DNA of 64,000 nucleotides from assembly GCF_009914755.1 (NCBI RefSeq), contig NC_060926.1. The stretch is one strand, 5' to 3'. Below the pieces are notes generated by a model. It made no database searches. It saw only the letters and a list, made by a program, of their open reading frames with translations, and was not told where the DNA came from. The translations under genes were made by a program, and so were the position numbers. This document shows, piece by piece, positions 1 through 13,898 of this stretch (the stretch's first letter is position 1; each line of letters starts with the position of its first letter). Source of the stretch: the human T2T-CHM13v2.0 reference genome, Homo sapiens.

Positions 1-1974
1 CCCTCCTCTGACGGAAGAGCTGCTGCTATGTGGAGTCTCTGAGCCCGGAATGCCAGCCCTGACCTGCAACCTTGTCAAATATGAGACTAATGTTTGCAGC
101 GAGAATGTAATGAGTAGGTTAGATACAAATGCCTTCGTGAGGAGAACCTCTCCCTCTGGTCACTGGACATATGAAAAGTTATACCTTTGAAATCTTAAGG
201 ACCCAAGGAAACAAAATAAAGGATCCTCCAGCCTCAACATCACATGCACCTGCAGTATTCCTGAGCCTTAAAACAATCTGAGTTTGCGGGTAACTCCTAG
301 GAAACACGCTGTAATGAAAATGTGTCAGGTCTTCAGGTCTCTCATGAAAGAGTCCTGAATAATTGGGGCTCTTTCTCCGATCTGGGCAGCCTCATAGTGA
401 CATGAGGAGCCTGTCAGTGTTGGCTGCAATTTACAAACGAGGCAGGTGGGTCCTGCCCAAGGGCACACAGCTGCTAGGCAGAGCCAGGGTTGGGACATTT
501 GTCTTCTGGGACACACTGAATGTGGCCCTGCAGCTTGAATCACATTATTTCTCTTAGAAGAATTCGCCCCTAGATTTTTCATCTATCAACATTGTTGCCA
601 TCTTTTAAGGGATGACTTCCCTAAGGAAGTTAGTCCTGACCCATGCCTTTCCCCAGAGGCCCTCAATCCCAGCACCAAAATAATAATTCCTCTCACTGTT
701 TTCCAGGTGTATGTGATCTATACCTCTATCAGAACTTACTTCACTTAAAATAAATACTTTCCACTAAATAAATGAGCACTAACTATATATTTTTATTTAA
801 AATTCAGAAAAAGAATTAGAAGAAAATAAACCACCCATCAACCTATCTTGCAAAAACTGCCAACGGCTTGCCATAAGAGAAGAAAAATAAACTCCAATGA
901 AACTCAAAAATCATTAGATGTTTAGGTCATTTGGTGCATGGAGAAACCGTGTAATACAGCTCCACAGCTACCAAGAGTAACTCTGTTTTATAGGATGGAA
1001 TAATTGATATATATGTGATATCATCAATAAGTAATTACATTACGTTTCTCATATAATGTAGGTGAGACAGTGTGCTATCCATTTTAGAAATATTTTAATT
1101 CAACATTCAAAATGATTTTTGTGTGTTTAAGTTTTGCCGATCAAATTGATCAGCTGTAGTTATCTGCAAAATTTGTGTGGGTTTGAGTACAGCGCCTTCC
1201 CATGCCTGGGGCTGGATGAATGAAGTATCCCCCAAACAGCCTTAAGCAAAGGGATAACAACAAATGAACGCAGACTCTCATGAAGGGTGAGTTACAGGAT
1301 GTTTCAGAGTTTCCGTGAAGCTGAGTATAATTGTGTTTAAAATCATCTCGGCGTCATGCATGTTGAACTGGAACTGGCCATGGTGCTGGAAGTAGACATC
1401 ATGATCATAGGGAAACGGCAATGGTACTGGGGGAGGTGGGCTACACTGACCATTTTATTTATGATTTGGAAGAAAAAGCAATGACGCAATTGATTTAAAA
1501 CCTATATTTCTAGATTACTCAAGAGGCCAAAACACTCAGGTGATGAACTCTTACACTGTAGAGAATGCCCAGTGTGACCGTGTGCATTTCATCCTCTTCC
1601 TGCCTCCCTCTGTGAGGAAGGAAGGACAATGCCAGGCATGGAGATGACAGGGATTTTCCTGAGGCCAGCAGCGTGGCTAGAGCTCACTCCTTGAACCCTT
1701 CACTATGGGCTTGTTCCACTCCAGAGAGAGAAATAACACACATAACCTTTTGCCTCCCACTGTGGAAGGAGGTAGGCAACTGGCATTGGATGAACAATTG
1801 CTATGTGGCTGTCTGACTTGCCTATCTGAGGCTACTTTACAAAAGTAATTTATTTCAAATATCATAACAACTCTTTGAGACAAGTATTACTGTCTTGTTT
1901 TTAAAATGAGAACAGAGTAGCCTAGAGACATTAACTTTCTCAAGTAAACAGCAAAATGTATACACTGTAATTAA

Positions 1975-2520
1975 GTAAGGCATTTATTAATTCAATTAAA
2001 ACTTCTAATTCTACCAGGGAGGAAGCACTACCCTAGGCGCTGGAGACATGAGGAGGAAGGATGTTTCTGATTGCCTTCTCCATGGTGCAGGAGTGATACA
2101 CAGGCAATTAACTGCAGAGCCAGGGAGAACATCGTGCAGGCAGTCAACAGCGTGAGCCGCCACTTGGAGGTGAGAGGGAAGGTGGCTCATTCGAGAATTG
2201 AGAGGAACTGGCTGTGCTTCAGCAGAGTCTACGTGGGTCTGACAGCACCAAGTTGAAAGGCGTTTCTCTGAGAAGCATGAAGGTTCAAGTCAAGGAGGGC
2301 ATCATCTCAGCCCTGTGAGACACTGGGGGGCTGCTCCCGAGGGCAGTGTGGGGGGGTTAAGCTGCTGAGTGACACTTTGGAGGGACTGTTGTGCTGTCAG
2401 GTGCAGAAAGTCTTGAATGACATTAAGAGTGGAGACAGAAAAACTGATTCGGAAGCAATTGCAACAATCCAGGCACAAGAGTGTGTTGTTGAGGTAAGAT
2501 ATTGTAGAGAAGATGGTAAC
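1975..2520 (-). mobile_element. L2 LINE 3' fragment (degraded)
   Basis: Resembles the reverse-complement L2 3' end (aattcaattaaaac...gcactaccctaggcgctggagacatg...). Boundaries are approximate. Confidence 0.55.
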
Positions 2521-3037
2521 ATTTTAGGTGAACTTCTCCATTCTTGTATACTCAGCACCTAGAACAGAGCCTGGTACACAGCAGGTGCTGGATAAATGTC
2601 TGTCAAAGAAAGCAAGGAGACAGTAGTCAAGCAGTGGCATGCATAATCCCAGAACTTGGCCTTTTCTTCAGTACCGAAGGTGAAGCCATGAAATCCAGCC
2701 AGGAACGCCCTCGCCTCCCCTCTGCAGTCTGACGATGGAGTCAGGTGAGAGACGGATGCAGTGCGGGAGCCTGAGACAGCACAACGTAAATGGGAACAAT
2801 AAGAGTCTCACGCAGGAGCAGCATCAGTGAACATGTGGAGGTAAGTAGAGTGGGAGGTTTTGCAGAGAAGCCAGAGCAGAAATCACAGAAAGGCAAGGTC
2901 GTTTGGGAAGGGGCTCAGGTTTTTCCTGCAAGCATGGGAAAACAGAGGTGTTTCTTCTGCAAGCAGGCAGTGGGGCAGTCTCAGATCCCAAGGTGACTGG
3001 TCCATGCCTCTCTTCCCACCCCAGCTCAGCACCACAC

Positions 3038-3955
3038 TCCACACCCCAGCCATGCCACTGGCACCTGCACCTCCACACCCCAGCCACACCGCCGGCACCT
3101 GCGTCTCCACACCCCAGCCACACCTCCAGCACCTGCACCTCCACACCCCAGCCACACCACCGGCACCTGTGTCTCCACACCCTGGTCGTGCTGCCGGCAC
3201 CTGCACCTCCACACCCCAGCCACGCCACCAGCACCTGCACCTCCACACCCCAGCCACACCGCTGGCACCTATGTCTCCACACCCCGGCCATGCCGCCAAC
3301 ACCTGCATCTCCACACCCTGGCCATGCTGCCGACACCTGCACCTCCACACCCTGGCCATGCTGCCGACACCTGCACCTCCACACCCTGGCCACACCACCA
3401 GCACCTGCATCTCCACACCCCGGCCATGCCATCGGCACCTGCACCTCCACACCCCGGCCACGCCACCAGCACCTGCACCTCCACACCCCAGCCACACCGC
3501 CCGCACCTATGTCTCCACACCCCAGCCATGCCATCAGCACCTGCACCTCCACACCCCGGCCACACCACCAGCATCTGCACCTCCACACCCTAGCCACAGC
3601 ACTGGCACCTATGTCTCCACACACCGGCCATGCCACCCGCACCTGGGTCTCCACACCCTGGCCATGCTGCCGGCACCTGCACCTCCACACCCCGGCCACG
3701 CCAGCAGCACCTGCACCTCCACTCCCCAGCCACACCTCCAGCACCTATGTCTCCACACCCCAGCCATGCCATCGGCACCTGCACCTCCACACCCCGGCCA
3801 CACCACCAGCACCTGCACCTCCACACCCCAGCCACACCGCCGGCACCTATGTCTCCACACCCCGGCTATGCCGCCCGCACCTGCGTCTCCACACCCTGGC
3901 CATGCTACCGACACCTGCACCTCCACACCCTGGCCACACCGCCGGCACCTGCTCC
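3038..3955. repeat. 34-bp minisatellite, ~27 copies (tccacaccccagccacaccaccggcacctgcacc)
   Basis: tccacacccc recurs at 3038, 3072, ... with a 34-bp period. It is the source of the long His/Pro/Thr and Gly/Trp/Val ORFs on both strands. Confidence 0.97.
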
Positions 3956-3974
3956 AGCTTCCCCTTCAGTAGGC

Positions 3975-4140
3975 AAGGGATTCTCAATCTTGGCTGCATA
4001 ATGGAATCACCCAGTGAACTCTAAAAGATACTGAAACCTGGACCTCACCCCTAGTGATTTGGTCTTAGGAGAGCTTGGGCACCAGGACTGTTGAAAGATC
4101 TCCAGTGTTTTTCATGTGCAGCAAAGGTGAAGAACAGCTG
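3975..4140. mobile_element. MER5-family (hAT-Charlie) non-autonomous DNA transposon
   Basis: ttctcaatcttggctgcataatggaatcacc ... catgtgcagcaaaggtgaagaacagctg matches the palindromic MER5A1/MER5B ends. Confidence 0.8.
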
Positions 4141-4508
4141 CTCCAGGCCCCGAAAAAGCCTCGGCCCACGGGCCAGGGTCTCCACTGAGCTTCTTACCAA
4201 GTTCTAGGCTAATGTCCTATTATATTAACCAACCTCTGGGTTCCAGATCACGTCAGACCTTGAGCCTCTTACTTGTTTTCCTGCCTACAACCTCAGCTTC
4301 TCCAAAACTGAGGTCAAGTCCTTGATTCACAGCCAAGGACCTTCTGGAGGCGGGTACCCTGCCCCCAGGCTCAATATTCATAGCTGTCCCTGCTTTCAGC
4401 CTTCCTCAACTCAAATCAAGTCTGGATGTGGTTTTGGGGTGCTCAGACCCCATGCTTATCACCTACCCTGGCATCCAGGGAAAGTCCATGAGAAGCGCGT
4501 GGCAAGTG

Positions 4509-4826
4509 TGGGGCACAGAGCAGGTGCCCACAACATCCCAATGGAGGATCACATGGAGGATCACACGGAGGATCACACCACCGGTGGTCACGAGACAGAC
4601 TGAGGTAAAGAGCAGGCGCCCACAACATCCCAAGGGAGGATCACACGGAGGATCACACGGAGGATCACACCACCAGTGGTCATGAGACAGACTGGGGCAC
4701 AGAGAAGGCACCCACAACATCCCAATGGAGAATCGCACTGCCGGTGGTCATGAGATAGACTGGGGCACAGAGCAGGCGCCCACAACATCCCAATGGAGGA
4801 TCACACCGCCAGTGGTCATGAGACAG
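4509..4826. repeat. Four-unit tandem repeat (68-bp base unit; first two units 92 bp) with nested 12-bp repeat
   Basis: Unit starts at 4510, 4602, 4694 and 4762. The 12-mer ggaggatcacac is triplicated in units 1-2. Confidence 0.93.
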
Positions 4827-5782
4827 ATGGGATTCTGCAGAGGTGCTTAGGCCACTTCCCACGGGGCCCCTGCCAATGACTTTGCAATTACCTTTCATGA
4901 ACATGTGGAGAAGAGCCTATCGTTGTAAGTCCCGTTTCCAAAGAGACTTGAACTAGTAGCACCCAAAGGCAGCTGATGGGATAGGAAAGGCATCAGAATT
5001 TTTAAAGTTGGGTGAGCCTGGGTTCAGATCTCAGAGTCACATTGTCACTTGCCCTCCCTAAGTTTCACAGTTTCTCATCTGCAAAGCAGAGCGGGTGAAA
5101 GCACACCTCTGCATTTGACCTTCACAGTAGACCAGCATGTGCATCCTGCATTCCTGTCCACACTGTCGGGAAACACATTTATGGAGATGATTAAATGTGA
5201 AAATACAGCTGTAACCAGAGGTCAGAGGCCAGAATCCAGTTCATTCTGCCTCCACAGCCCATGCTCTTCCAGCCACACCCTCAAGCATAGCCAACGTGTC
5301 CCTGGATGACAGGCCTTCTTTCCAGCCTCCCCAAAAATCTCAAAAGGCTGAGCCTGTCATCTCTGAACTACAGCAGCCTGGCCAGGTTAAAGGGCATCCC
5401 CTGGTCCAATGCCTGACTTTCAGCAAGAGCTTTAACCAGTAACTGGGACCCAGAGTCAAACACAATGGCCTGGAAGTTTCCCAAACCTCAGATAGGACAA
5501 CAGTTGGTGCACGTGGGTCCTCCAGATCCCGTGTGACCCTGGGAAGACTGCCCCTCATCAAGCCGCAACTTCTCCCATCTCAGTCCCTCCATATCTCGGG
5601 AACTCCCCTTGGTCCTCATATCCTCTCCCTTCCATGGCAGGAAGCCCATCTCCACTTGCACCAAAGTGACGCCAGAGCCTCACGTGCTCCTGGCCAGTCC
5701 TCTCTCCGTCCATCTTACCACCACCAAGTCAGCACTGTTTGCACCTCTGCAAGTGGGTAAATACCCATTCTAAGAAGGACAC

Positions 5783-6136
5783 TGTCTTAAGCCACGTAGA
5801 CTGCTATAACAAGATACCTTGGACTCAATAACTTATAAACAACAAAAGTGTATGGCTCACAGTTCTGGGAGCTGGAAGTCCAATATCAAAGTGCCAGCAG
5901 ATGTGACATCTGGCCAGGGCTCTTTCTGCTTCATAGATGGTGCCTTGTTTCTGGGTTTTCACATGGCAGAACAAGCCCCTGAGATGTCTTCTCTAAGGAC
6001 ATTGATCCCGTTCATGAGGGCTTTGCCTCAGGAACTAACCATCTCCCCAAGGCCCCACTTCCCAGCACCGCTGCACTGGGGATTAGGGATCCACACATCA
6101 ACTTGGGGTGGGGACCTCAACATTCAGACCATAGCA
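5783..6136 (-). mobile_element. MLT1A-type MaLR solo LTR
   Basis: tgtctt...gctataacaagatacc...gctcacagttctgg..gctggaagtccaa...aacattcagaccatagca, with TG...CA termini. Confidence 0.85.
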
Positions 6137-6399
6137 GGCGCTGCCGTTAGACATGATTGCCCCATGCCTTAAAGACCAAAAATAAAACTATCATACCTGT
6201 TACAATTCAAAAACCAAGCCTTCCCACTATTAACTTATTGTCATCACCCAAAGCCGTGACCACACTCACATGCATCGTCTCTTCCCATTCAACACATTTT
6301 CCCAGTCCCAATCACCCCTTCTCTCTGCTCTCTGATGGGCACGGACTGTCAATCACACATCCCCACACCCTCCCTAAGTCTTCCATCTACTTCCCCCTC

Positions 6400-8690
6400 C
6401 GACTGAAGTGTGGATCTCACTTAAGATCACCAAGTCCTCTCTCCAGCCATGCCCTTTTATCTCCCACACCCAAGGCACCACTAGGATAGAGGTGGTGTGG
6501 GCACCTCCCCTGCCTGATCTTCCCCAGCCATTGCTCTTTCCTTCTCCTTCACAACCCCACCCCCACCTTGGAAGCAGGTTCCATCATACTTTGCTGCATG
6601 CTACCCTGCTTTCTGCTGTCATTCACCAGCTCAGAGGCACCCCACTGGCTTCTTTTTAGCACCTGGCTCACTTACGACAGCTCCCGTCACCAGTCCTGTC
6701 TCTGGGCTAACTCCATCCTCCATGCTGACACCCCTCAACCACCCCCAATGGTGTCCCCACTTGAATGAGCCTCTCACTGCAGAGCCACACCCTCCTAGAT
6801 TTTTGCATTACCAATAGTGTGTAGCCTCCAAAGTCTGGTTTTAGAAGCCTACCCATTGAGCTGTCCATGTTTCCAGATCATTTCCAGATCACTTGTTCTA
6901 GAAATTCCAAGATAGCTCATGTTTGGCCCCATTGTAACCTCCAATCCACTCACCCCACCAGGCTTCTACTGCCCACAACCCCATAGCCTCACTTCCATCG
7001 TGAATGGATCAGAAGACGTGGCTTATCAATGTCAGCACTGCTTGTGTACCTTGGCAAATCTTTTTCCATACTTCTTCCAAGATACTCATTTACCCGGAAA
7101 AATTCAAGCTCTCCTTATCCATGGATAAACAAAAGCATTACACACTCACATCCACACATCCACAGACACACAACCATGCTGACCATTCTCATTTTAAATT
7201 TAAATGTAGAACACAGACTTTAGTGACGCTTCAGTGTTGCCTAGAAATCCAGCCACTCAAGGAAGCTGCTGCTACTCTCACCCTCTCCCCCTTCCACATC
7301 AGCGTCTCCCTGTATTGTGCCATTTTCCACCAGATTATAACCATGCCATGACAGTTACCATCTTAATAAAACAGGGAAAGAAACCCATAGGTCCCATGTC
7401 TCTAACTTTACCCCGTTTTCTTACAAAACTGTCACCTGTTGTCCTTTCTGCACTTCCTCACCTTCCATTCTCACCTCAACACACCCTGATCACCGTCCCC
7501 TATGGTTGCTTTTATCAAGGGCAACAAAAAGTTCCCTCTAGCCGAATCCAAAAAGAATTCTCCGTCTCCAGCTTCCTTGAATGGCAGCAATGTTCAATAC
7601 ATTTGAACACTGACATGTGTTTCATAGATTTGAATGCTGCTTCCTTGACATGTCTCTTCCCTTGGGCGCCATGCCCCTGGCCTCCCCTCGCCTCACTGCT
7701 GACTGCTTCTCAGGTTCCTTCCCCAATGGCTCCTCATGTTCTGACCTCCAAGCTTGCTCTCCATCCTCATCTCTGCCTTTCCCCACTTCCCAGGTGGACT
7801 TTCCAGGACTGTCACACTGAGCATCACTTGGATGCTATGGACGTCCAAGCTTGCACCTCTCACCTCGACAAGCTCCTGACCCAGGGCTGTGCATCCAGCT
7901 CCCAAGTGGGCATCGCTGCATTTGGGCTGACAGATGCCCCAGACTTAATGTTTCTAAGGCAGAGCCCTACTCTCCATTCTCCTAAGGTCACCTTCATCCA
8001 GTCTTTCCCACCTCGGCAAATGGCACCACAACTCCTGACACTTTTGGCAAAAACCCAGTCATTCTTTAGTTTTCCCTTTCCCTCCCAAGTGGCATCCTGT
8101 CTACCAGTGAGGTCTCTGAAATCTACATGTCATTCCCTGCTTCACCTCTACCACTTAAATCATCAGCCATCTCCTGCCACCTGGATTACAACCATAGCTC
8201 CCCTCCCAACATCCCCTCTGCCCCTTGACATCTGACCTGTGTGCTGCGTGGTTCTCAAATGTACTTAGATTACGTCACTAATGTACTGCTTTAGAAGGTG
8301 CCATTTTAGGCACGAAACCTGCACTGCTGCCTGCACCTGCAGGGCCGCACTCCGGGGTCTGTACCCCTCAGACCCCCGCGTTCACCGCACCCCTTCTTAC
8401 TCACCTCGTGGCTGTCTGCTCTTCAGGCCAGTCCCACCCCACCTCGCCCTGACCGCACCCACTGCTCCGAATTCCAGGGCACTCTTCTCCCTAATCTCCT
8501 CACAACCCACACCTTTATTTCCCTCTCTGATCAAATATCACCTCCTCCAAGATGGTTTTCTGGCAGCCTGACCCCCACCCATCACCTCTATCCCTCCTCT
8601 TGCTTTTTTCCCCACCTCCGCATCACATCACACCACGGGTTCGTGTTGCTTGCTTCGTGTCCGCTCCCTGGAACATCAGCTCCCTTGCAT
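6400..8690 (+). mobile_element. L2 LINE fossil including RT-domain remnant and 3' region
   Basis: The translation of 7234-8235 contains FPPDYNHAMTVTILIKQ, PMSLTLPRFLTKL and HHLDAMDVQACTS. These resemble the L2 ORF2 motifs FPxxFKHAxxxPILKK, PISLLPFLSKL and YHLYADDSQIYIS. Pyrimidine-rich L2-like 3' sequence follows. Ends are approximate. Confidence 0.8.
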
Positions 8691-9784
8691 GTCTGCCTTT
8701 GCTGCCTTCCGCTCTGCCCTGGCTACCGCACTTGACTGCACGCCCCACCCACATGCCTGGTAGAGGGGCTCATCCTGTACACTTGGTATTTCCCATTCTG
8801 CATATCATGGCGTTTCCATCTAAGATAAGTCCTTAATGACGCACCTAAAGGAAAAGCAAACAGTTGTTTGGAAATGAGGGAAGGGGCTAGGAAAGGGATC
8901 GCGTCCACACTGTCTGCACTGGCACTGATTCATAAACCCCGCTGCAGGGCAGCAGAACCAGCCTGTGCTGGGCCCGTGGCTCCTCTCCCAACCTGCTTCC
9001 CATCTCCACAGACCGTCTGACCTGACCATAGTGAGGCTTTGCTCTGCTAGCTATGCAATGTTAGTGGCCCTTAGCCCCCCACATTCCCCCCCAGCTTGCT
9101 CCCCCTGCCATCTTGAGGTGAGGAGCTGTGGCAAAGGCCACTACCTGGAGGGCCTGGAGACCCTCGGATGGGAGGTCCGATCGGCCCTGCTCACACACAT
9201 CTGCTCAGGGCGCCTGCCTGCCTCCTGGCCCTGTCTCCTTCCTCCCAGTCCTGTGGCCCCCACTTAGCCCAGTCTGCTCGCTGGGTCTCTCCGCACACTG
9301 TAGAAGGTCTTCCCATCTAAGGCATGAATTGTGCCTTAAGGTGCTGTCCAGAGTTTTGCCTGACTCCCTTCCCTGCCTCCCCGGAGCCCAGCCCGTGTCT
9401 GAGCCATGCCTACACTGTTGCTGCAGTGGGTTCTGTCATAACTCAGGTGTCCTGGGAGCGTGGGCACCTCCCACCTGCATCCCCAGGCTACCAGGTCTAT
9501 CCTGAGCCAGGCCCCTACTTGTCACTCAGTTTCCCTACAGAGTGACCCCCTAGATCCACTCCCCAAGGCGGGGACCCAGCAGGGGTGCAGACTCAGGAGC
9601 GCAGCCTGATGCTCCCTCAGGGCACAGCCTGGAGGAGGGAGCCAGGTGGGCTGTTGTTTCACAGAAAGTCCCCCATGGCTCTCAGGGACGTGGAGCTGTT
9701 AAAGCTTCAGCTTTTAAATCTCTGCACCCTGGGTAGTTGTGAATTGGTGACAAAGCAGCTGTCCCCACAACCAACTCTCCTGGC

Positions 9785-10135
9785 CACACTGACACCCACA
9801 CACTGCTGACACACACAGCACAAAGCATACACAGCACACACTTGCACACGCGTCCAGAAGCACCCACATACACCAGACACACAGACCATATATAACTACA
9901 CACAACACATCACACACCAGATGCACACCACACATAAGCACGCACATAACACCCATGCACTGCATGACAACAACACACATGTGCACACAAGCACACACAA
10001 ACACACTGGAGCTACACACCAGACACACAGACCACACCACAGACACACGCTGACCACCCATAAATACACATCACACACACGCATACACCATCCATAAACA
10101 CACACAGGCTGCACACAGGACTCATACACCACACA
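9785..10135. repeat. CA-rich low-complexity tract
   Basis: Degenerate (CA)n/(CACAC) sequence. Confidence 0.9.
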
Positions 10136-10305
10136 CGGATCGACTGGGGCTTCTGTGCTGGCAGCCGGCCTCTCCCTCCTCCGCCCATTCCGCCTTTTTC
10201 TTGTGCTGCGTTTAATCCTGTTCATCTCTGTCCCTGCCAGGCGTGGTCTCAGCAGGGCCTATTTGGGATCTCAGCAGCCTCTCTCAATGGTGAACAAACA
10301 GCCCA

Positions 10306-10669
<364 letters not shown>

Positions 10670-13600
10670 TCACTGGGGCACGAGGGAGACATGGCCTGCC
10701 GGAGGGCCACGGCCCCGGGTGATGCCGACCTTCTTCCTCCCGTCCCTCCCGCGTGCAGGTGTGCTCACTGTGACCCTTTTGCCTACGCGTGTTAAATTCC
10801 CAAGCCAGTGAAACACTGCACTTGGCCAGGGAGTACGCTTCCTAAAGAGCTTGTAGACTCTAGGGCCTGGAGTCAAAAGCTCAGGGTTAAAGTCCTGACC
10901 GTGCCTCCTACTATGTGCTTTTGGCAGGTAAATTAGCTGCTATCAGCATCCATTTCCTCTTCTGGGAAACAGGCCTGATGGTACTTGAAAGCTTTTCCCG
11001 AACTCTTCCCCCAGTTGCCGTAAGGATAGAATGAGGCCTTGTGTGAGGCCTGTGTGGCTGCAGATGGCTACGAGTCTTGCCCCCAAGTAGACACTCCAAA
11101 CGTGAATCGAGCTGGGCCACTTGCTTGTGACCTGCTTGTCACTTTGCTTATGAGGGATGCACAGGAAATAAGGAAGGTCTCTCCCCTCCAAGAGCTTGTT
11201 TTCTTAATCCAGGATGCGGCCTCATGCCCTGCATGGAGTGGTGAGTCTGCCGAATGTTTAACAATAACAGAAGGGCAGCCTCCTGGGGGCAGGGAGGGCC
11301 CGGCTCTGTCCAAGCTCTGGAGGAAATGACACCTGGACCATCTGTCCCCTCCCAGCTAGGGAGGGAGGAGCCCGCAGGGCAGAGAGGAGACAGGAGGGTA
11401 GCAGGCACCAGCGGGAAAGTGAGCAGCTGAGTGATGGTGGACACTGGACTCCTTTCCCCTCCCTGAGCTACCACGTGCAGATGGCCACGGTGCCCACTTC
11501 ATTCTTCATCGCACTGGGCAGGAGCTCTGTGCAGGGCACTGAGTCTAGTGCCATCGGGTATCCAGGTCTCAGAGCCTTCATTGCTGCAACATTTCCAAAG
11601 TCACCAAAGGCCTGCAGTCACCTCTGCCCAAAGCAGATGAACAAGAGACCCAAGAAATACCAGCCTCTGTGTTGAGGTGGGGCCCACAAAACAGCTCAGA
11701 AGAAAGCCTGAGAGGGAGGAGAAAAAACAGGGGTAGTCAAGAGGGAGGGAGGGAGTGACAGTGACCCACCGTCAGCGTCGGGGAGAAGAGGTTGGTGGAG
11801 TGAGGAGGTAGCTGGGCTACTGGAGATTGAGTAGCAGAAGGCAGGGAGGCCAGGAGAGAACACGGGGAGGGATGCCTTGGTCAAGAATTCTAGGCGAAAC
11901 CACAGGATGCAGTCCTGTGCCTGGTGACGCAGCCATGGCTGGAGGGTTATTTTTCACATAAGAAGCTCCAGCTTCTCATCTCTTCATTCCAGACTGGAGA
12001 GAAAGAGTGAGGGGAGACATCAGGGTGCGGGGGAGAGGAGGCACAGCTGCCCGGGGCTGCAGCAGGGAGGGCTTCCTGCCAGGAGGGATGTGGGGCCTGG
12101 AGGATGCCCGCCTGACCCGTCCAGCTGCTGGCACACTCGGGTTTTTGTGAAGGTACCCACATGGCACTGAATGGGCCAGTGCATTCCAGGGCCGCATATG
12201 GCCCCCATCTGGCCCTTGGCAGGTGTTGCCAATACGTCTTCCCTGGACACTGTGTGTTCCCCTGGGCGGGGTGGACCCACGGGCTCTGCCCACCAGCCTC
12301 TTCGAATTCTCAGACGTCTCAAGAAAACGGCCATCAGGCCCCGCTGTCCTCCTCCACATCCTCCCTTCGCTGCACGCCTCCCTCCATGGTGGGAGTTGCC
12401 CCCTCCACAGGGACGTGTCAAGCCTTGATATACCCACTGCGTACCCCAGGGCCACGCTCAGGAGCTGCCGCTGGATGAATAAGAGGATTTGAACGGGAAA
12501 AGACTCCCGCAGTGCCCCAGAGGCCAGGCCTCTCCTCTCCTACACCAGCCCGCTGTGACCTGGGCCTCAGGATGGTGACCCCAGAGCTGGGCAAATGGTG
12601 CCACAGCCCCAGCCTTGCCCGGCTTTAACTTCCTGAGGGTAAAATTCCGCAAACATCTCTGAAGAAAGAGCTCACCTCATAGCTCTTCCTCCTCTGGCTG
12701 CTGATCCCCGACCCTCTTCCCTAGGGAGGCCCCAGGTCCGCACCACCAGGCACACTCCTGCCCTGCGAAGACCTGGGGCAAGAGGCGACATCTGCTCCTT
12801 TCCCTTCCAAAGCTCCTTCAAGGGCTCATACCCTGGACAGGAGGCACCCAGACCTCCTGGAAGGGAGGAAATTCAGAGCTGGGCAGACCCCAGGACAAGG
12901 CAATCCCCATTTCACTGAAGAAAGACCCCAAAATGAGGCCCTCTTCTCCCAGGACTAGGGGACTACCAGGTGTGAGCGCTTTCTCTGCATCAGGGGAGCT
13001 GTCCTTTGAGGCACCTTTCCAACGAATAAGTCCACCCCAGCTGTTGCCAGAGAGAAAAGGTGAGCGACTCTTGGAAGAGGCAGATGACACATTTACTTCA
13101 CTGTCCTGGGGAGCAGCTGCCAGAATCATGGGCGGCCAGTGATGCCCAAGTCTGGGCTCCCCTCCGACAGGAGCCACCTCACGGCACAGCCTCTGCACAC
13201 CCCGCACCGTCCGGCGGCCTTCCCTTCACCCCACACTGGCCGTGGCGCACCTGAGACCAGGCCTTGGGAGCCAGCTGGAGTCTTGGTCCTTGGAGTTCTC
13301 CAGGCTGGGGAAGGAGGCAGCAGGGGTGGAGAGGGCTTGGTCCCTGTCCCCGGCCACATCTCAGCAGGGCATAGAGAGCAGCTTTGCCTACAAGCCCCAG
13401 CCCCTCCATCTGTGAAGTGAGAGCACGGCGCCTGCTTCCTAGAGGCATCGTGAACATGAACGAGTCTTGTCTGCACAGACCACCTGCCACATGAATGCTC
13501 AGGGGGCCCTTTCCAGCCCTCCCCACCCACCACGCCCCCCACGCACACTTGATCTTTTTAATGGACTAGTGGAGGAGGTGCTGGCTGTGGCTGCTCACAG

Positions 13601-13898
13601 GGCATCCGCTCATCTGTGCTGCTGCCTCAGTCAATGAGAAGCCGCTCCCTCAGCTCACAGGTCATGGCACTGTGGGGACAGACACACATCGCTTGTCCAG
13701 AGATCTCATAGTCAGTGCCCTAAGCTACGAGGGACACAGCTGAGACCCAGAATATGAGCAGAGGCGGCTCCAGGCTGTCAGAGAGAATTACGCCATGGAG
13801 AGATTCCGACACCTGTCTGAGACTCTCTCTCATGGACTCTCACTTCCACATGGTCCTCACACGCATGTGGCCTGGTCCCCTGGGAGGCCATGCAAGAT

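Noticed and set aside
2824-4024. 300-370 aa ORFs on both strands
   Set aside because: Products of a stop-free 34-bp repeat cycling through frames. No domain, splice or codon evidence.
4545-4670. Resemblance of acatggaggatcacac to the MS2 operator hairpin
   Set aside because: The stem complement is absent. Coincidental match within a 12-bp repeat.
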